NCBI GenBank assembly: GCA_017463935.1
Contig: JAFUEM010000002.1
Coordinates: 531 to 64,530 of the forward strand
DNA: 64,000 nt
Reading direction: 5' to 3'
DNA from: Kiritimatiellia bacterium
GTDB lineage: Bacteria; Verrucomicrobiota; Kiritimatiellia; RFP12; UBA1067
Shown: in pieces, positions 60,864 through 64,000 of the stretch
How positions within the stretch are numbered: the first letter of the stretch is position 1
How the letters are laid out: every line of letters starts with the position of its first letter
Program-made: the position numbers and the translations under genes
The notes under the pieces: model-generated
Database searches by the model: none
Told to the model about the DNA's origin: nothing
The model's input: the letters and a program-made list of their open reading frames with translations, nothing else

Positions 60864-62501
60864 CTACCACAGGCCCAGCTTGAGGTAGGGCAGAATCTGC
60901 TTTTCGAGCGTCGTGTCGAGATCGAAGAGCGCGACGCCCGGGAAGTCGTACTTGCGCGCGAGCCGGATCTGGTCGATGACCTGCCGCGGTCCGAGCCGCG
61001 ATTCGTTCGCCGTCACGCCGATGCCGATGATCGTCTTGCGCGCGTGCGCCTTCATCATCGCATGCTGCCGGAGGAAGGACTCGAACTTCGCGAAATCCTC
61101 GGTGTAGTCCATCGGCACGACGAAATCCACCAGGTTGGCGTTGAGCCAGCTGTCCCAGTCCTGCCCCACGGACGCGATGCACATCGGATACTTGCCGAGC
61201 ACCGCCGTCGTCAGCCACGCCGGCCGGTGCACGTGCCGCCGCGCCGCGGCGACGAAGCCGGAGATGACCGCCGCCGCATTCGCCGGCCGGACGCTGCGCT
61301 CGTACCAGCGCACAAAATCGAGGTGGATGCCGTCGACCTTGTAGAGCGCCTGAATCTCGTCGACCGCACTCAGGATGTAGCTCTGCACCGCCGTGTTCGA
61401 CGGATCGAGGTACTCGCTCAGGCTGCCGTCCGCCGTCTTCAGCCGCCAGCCCGCCGCCGCGAACTTCTTCAGCCGCTCGGGCGTCGCGCGCGTCGCGTTG
61501 AAGCAGAGAATCCACGCGTGGACGCGAATGCCCCGCCCCGCCGCCGCCGCGAGGCACGCCTTGAGCTGGTCGCCCTCCTGCTCGAAGATGCGCGAGCGCG
61601 GCAGCACCTTCGACGGGTAGTGCGCGAACCCCGCGCCCGCGACGTTGAGGAAGAGATCGGTGACGCGCGCCTCCTGAAGCACCTTCATCGTCCGCGGCCA
61701 GTCGCCGGGGTAGAGCCCGCAGCCGGTGTGGTCCCACACGGCGTGAATCTCCCCCTTGCGCGGAATCTGCCGGAGCGCGTAGGCGCGCAGGCGCTGGTGC
61801 TCCGCCTCCGCCTTCGTGACGAAATCCTTGAAGTTCCAGAGCTGCGGCGCGGCCGCGCCCACGAACGCCGCAACGAGCTGCGCCTTGAGGTTCTCGTCGC
61901 CGTCGGCCAAAAGGACGTGCGTCATCCACCAGCCGCCCGCCGTCGCGATCCACGCCGCCTCGCCCGTCGACCGGCCCGTGCGGTCGCACCACGTCGCGAG
62001 CACCTGCCCCTTGCCCGCGACCGGCGTCGCGCGCTGGAGGACGGTCGACGTCTGCCGGATCGCCGCCGGCACGCCGGGCGGATTGCGCACGGTGAACTTC
62101 ATCGAGCTCCACTGGCCGGGATACTGCGCCGTCGTGTAGCCGAGCGGCTTCACGTCCATCAGCGCGGCGAGGCGCGGCGAGGCGGAATAGAAGACGACGA
62201 GCTTGCCGCCGCGCTTGCGGTAGGCCGCAAGCGTGTCGAGCTCCGCCGCCGTCGGTTCGTTGAAGCCGACGAGAAACGCGATTTTCGCGGAGGTGAGCGC
62301 GGCGGCCATGTCCTTCGGCGTCGCGAAATCCGCCGCGATCGACTGCTGCTTGAGCCAGCGTTCGAGGTGGCGCGCGAGCGACGTGTAGTAGCCGGGCTCG
62401 TGGCTCACGACCGCGACCTCCGCGGCGGAAACGTCCGCGGTGAACACGGCGAGCGCGAGCGACAGCGCGAGTGTCAGGCCGTTGGCAAGGTGAATGTGCA
62501 T
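60864..62501 (-). CDS. Secreted glycoside hydrolase-like protein (GHL10/DUF187-type TIM barrel)
   Basis: ATG 62501 gives MHIHLANGLTLALSLALAVFTADVSA (signal peptide). ..GIRVHAWILCFN.., ..VDGIHLDFVRW.., ..VVPMDY.. Confidence 0.65.
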   Translation of the reverse strand: MHIHLANGLTLALSLALAVFTADVSAAEVAVVSHEPGYYTSLARHLERWLKQQSIAADFATPKDMAAALTSAKIAFLVGFNEPTAAELDTLAAYRKRGGKLVVFYSASPRLAALMDVKPLGYTTAQYPGQWSSMKFTVRNPPGVPAAIRQTSTVLQRATPVAGKGQVLATWCDRTGRSTGEAAWIATAGGWWMTHVLLADGDENLKAQLVAAFVGAAAPQLWNFKDFVTKAEAEHQRLRAYALRQIPRKGEIHAVWDHTGCGLYPGDWPRTMKVLQEARVTDLFLNVAGAGFAHYPSKVLPRSRIFEQEGDQLKACLAAAAGRGIRVHAWILCFNATRATPERLKKFAAAGWRLKTADGSLSEYLDPSNTAVQSYILSAVDEIQALYKVDGIHLDFVRWYERSVRPANAAAVISGFVAAARRHVHRPAWLTTAVLGKYPMCIASVGQDWDSWLNANLVDFVVPMDYTEDFAKFESFLRQHAMMKAHARKTIIGIGVTANESRLGPRQVIDQIRLARKYDFPGVALFDLDTTLEKQILPYLKLGLW

Positions 62502-63451
62502 GTCGCCCCCTTGTTTTCCAGCGTGTTGAGCCGCCACAGTTCAAGGTCGGCGCCGGGCTCCGGCGAATCCTTGATCGGGAACCAGAAGTCGCGCTGGCGC
62601 AGCGACACCCTGGCCTGGCCGCCGCGCGTGCGCAGGAGCGCCCAGCCGATGTCGCCCCAGTGCCCGGTCGAGGGCAGGCAGAGCGTTTTGACGATGCGCG
62701 GGCTCTTCCAGTTCAGGTGCACGAAATCCTTGCGCCAGCGGTGGTCGTGGCCATGGATGTAGCCGGCCACCATGGGCGATTCGACCAGCAGTTCGCTCAG
62801 TTTCCGCCCGCCGACGTCAATGCACCACGTCGCGTAGTGCGAACAGACGAACACCGGCTTCTTCCACCGGGGCAGCGCCTCGGCGAGCCAGTCCTGCTGC
62901 GCCCTGGAGAGGCACGAGCCATCCGTCTTCCGGTCGCCGCCGAGGATGTCCAGCATGATGAAATCGACCGCGCCCGCATCGACGGTGAAAACGACTTCGC
63001 CGGGCACGCGCGTCAACCGCCCGTATTCGGGGAACACCTCGAAAAACGGATTGTGCGCGTCATGATTGCCCATGCCGAGGTGCAGCGCGATTCCGGCGTC
63101 GACGAGCGGCTGCAGGCACTGCCGCGCCAGCGTGTAATCCGCCACGCAGCCGTTCGACCGCGCCAGGTCGCCGAAGAACACCACGCGCGCCGGAAGCGGA
63201 TCGAGCGTCAGGATTTCCTCGATCGTCTTGCGGAGCTCGCCCGGCTGGTAGTGTTCGCCGTCCTTCTTTCCGTTGATATGGATGTCCGCGAGCAGCACCG
63301 TCAGGTCCGGGTCGTGCCGCAACCGCTCAACGGACCGCGCGACCGCCGCCGGAGCGACCGCCGCCGCCGCACCCGTCGCGATGCCGAGGAGGAAACTCCG
63401 CCGCGTCAAGGTCGGGGTCGGACCCCAATCAACATTTATATTTTTACGCAT
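62474..63451 (-). CDS. Tat-exported metallophosphoesterase
   Basis: Twin-arginine signal ..LTRRSFLLGIATGAAAA.. Motifs are LADIH, FFGDLA, GMGNHD and GHDH. Confidence 0.85.
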   Translation of the reverse strand: MRKNINVDWGPTPTLTRRSFLLGIATGAAAAVAPAAVARSVERLRHDPDLTVLLADIHINGKKDGEHYQPGELRKTIEEILTLDPLPARVVFFGDLARSNGCVADYTLARQCLQPLVDAGIALHLGMGNHDAHNPFFEVFPEYGRLTRVPGEVVFTVDAGAVDFIMLDILGGDRKTDGSCLSRAQQDWLAEALPRWKKPVFVCSHYATWCIDVGGRKLSELLVESPMVAGYIHGHDHRWRKDFVHLNWKSPRIVKTLCLPSTGHWGDIGWALLRTRGGQARVSLRQRDFWFPIKDSPEPGADLELWRLNTLENKGATCTFTLPTA

Positions 63452-63488
63452 TCAAGCTCCTTTCTGACTCATGATCGCCTTTTCAACC

Positions 63489-63525
63489 GGGGTCTGTCCC
63501 CACAAGTCCCAGGGTCTGTCCCCAC
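63489..63525. repeat. Two tandem-spaced copies of GGGTCTGTCCCCAC
   Basis: ggggtctgtccccac (63489-63503) and gggtctgtccccac (63512-63525), between the EEP gene stop and the metallophosphoesterase start. Confidence 0.75.
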
Positions 63526-63538
63526 GCATCCGGGCGAA

Positions 63539-64000
63539 TTACAGCTCGACCGTGGCGACGACGGGGAAGTGGTCGCTCGGATAGAGCTTCCTGCCGGGCC
63601 GCGGATCGGCGACCGTCGCGTAATCCAGCACGGTAACATCCGGCGAGACGTAGATGTAGTCGATCCGCGCGCCGAAATCCTCCCACGTGTAGCCGCCGTT
63701 CTTCAGCTTGTCGGCGTCAGGCGAGCCATACAGGGCGTTCCGGACATTCACCGGCGTCCCCAGCGCCTCCGCCGTGGACCGCTCGGTGTCGCGCCAGTGC
63801 CATCCGTTGAAGGTGCGCCACGGGCCGACCGGCGGGGTTTTCGTCGCGTACAGCGCGTTCTTGAGCAGCGCCGCGACGGCGACCGCCGGCGCCTCGGTCT
63901 CGCGGCAGTTGTGATCGCCCGTGAAAATGATCGGCGCGCCGTCGCCGAACGCCTTCATGCGGTCGATCACCAGCAGCATCCCCTTCTCGCGCGCCAGCGC
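63539..64000 (-). CDS. Endonuclease/exonuclease/phosphatase (EEP) family protein, C-terminal part (5' end beyond window)
   Basis: ..IIFTGDHNC.., ..RIDYIYVSPD.., ..YPSDHFPVVATVEL*. The frame stays open to the window end. Confidence 0.8.
   Translation of the reverse strand, partial: ALAREKGMLLVIDRMKAFGDGAPIIFTGDHNCRETEAPAVAVAALLKNALYATKTPPVGPWRTFNGWHWRDTERSTAEALGTPVNVRNALYGSPDADKLKNGGYTWEDFGARIDYIYVSPDVTVLDYATVADPRPGRKLYPSDHFPVVATVEL

Noticed and set aside
59326-62544. 1072-aa minus-strand ORF, the longest in the track.
   Set aside because: Only its last 264 codons (YggS, from ATG 60120) look like protein. Upstream it is R/G/A-rich, runs antisense across the MBL hydrolase gene, and runs out of frame across the well-formed GHL10-like gene 60864..62501.
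57551-62762. Long plus-strand ORFs 57551..58711, 58578..59624, 59242..60162 and 61044..62762.
   Set aside because: They are antisense shadows of the GIY-YIG, HAD, yggS and GHL10-like genes. They have extreme Arg/Ala/Pro content and no motifs.

Overview
This is a 64-kb window from a high-GC bacterium. A spot count gives about 72% G+C in the flanks, and lineage cannot be fixed from the sequence alone. Both ends carry housekeeping genes on the minus strand: tex-trmB-pgpA at 1-2761, and a HAD phosphatase, yggS, an MBL hydrolase (plus strand), a GHL10-like hydrolase, a Tat metallophosphoesterase and an EEP phosphatase at 58.6-64 kb. Between them lie about 53 kb of compositionally mosaic accessory DNA in six blocks. 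(i) A decayed partial copy of glycan genes at 2.9-5.3 kb, four pseudogenes. (ii) Two paralogous envelope modules, each a giant membrane-anchored Cys-rich protein (841 and 938 aa) plus signal-peptide proteins; the second sits next to a divergent OmpR-type two-component system with a clear operator-like repeat array. (iii) A 37%-GC two-gene candidate defence module: an RloC/AAA_13-like zinc-hook ATPase plus a small Cys-rich HNH-like protein. (iv) A DUF4143-type ATPase bracketed by duplicated terminator hairpins. (v) A roughly 35-kb co-directional Wzx/Wzy-type glycan operon of more than 30 genes (19.9-55.2 kb), with teichoic-acid-like (TagD/TagF), pyruvyl, acetyl, kinase, ACP and Gtr-type modification genes. 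(vi) An FRG-domain plus GIY-YIG/DUF4357 gene pair. The most unusual signal is non-genic. Families of roughly 32-nt blocks, each built from three tandem nonamers or 3-4 heptamers, sit at gene junctions, at rearrangement breakpoints and in frame inside CDSs. They include a perfect 32-bp inverted repeat bracketing the catalytic half of an intact GT4 gene (candidate intragenic inverton) and 32-nt terminal inverted repeats around a GxxExxY gene. Two cytidylyltransferase genes carry homopolymeric G tracts: G6 out of frame and G11 in frame. I found no rRNA, tRNA, CRISPR array, transposase or integrase. Many long ORFs in the track over the GC-rich flanks are antisense or out-of-frame shadows.
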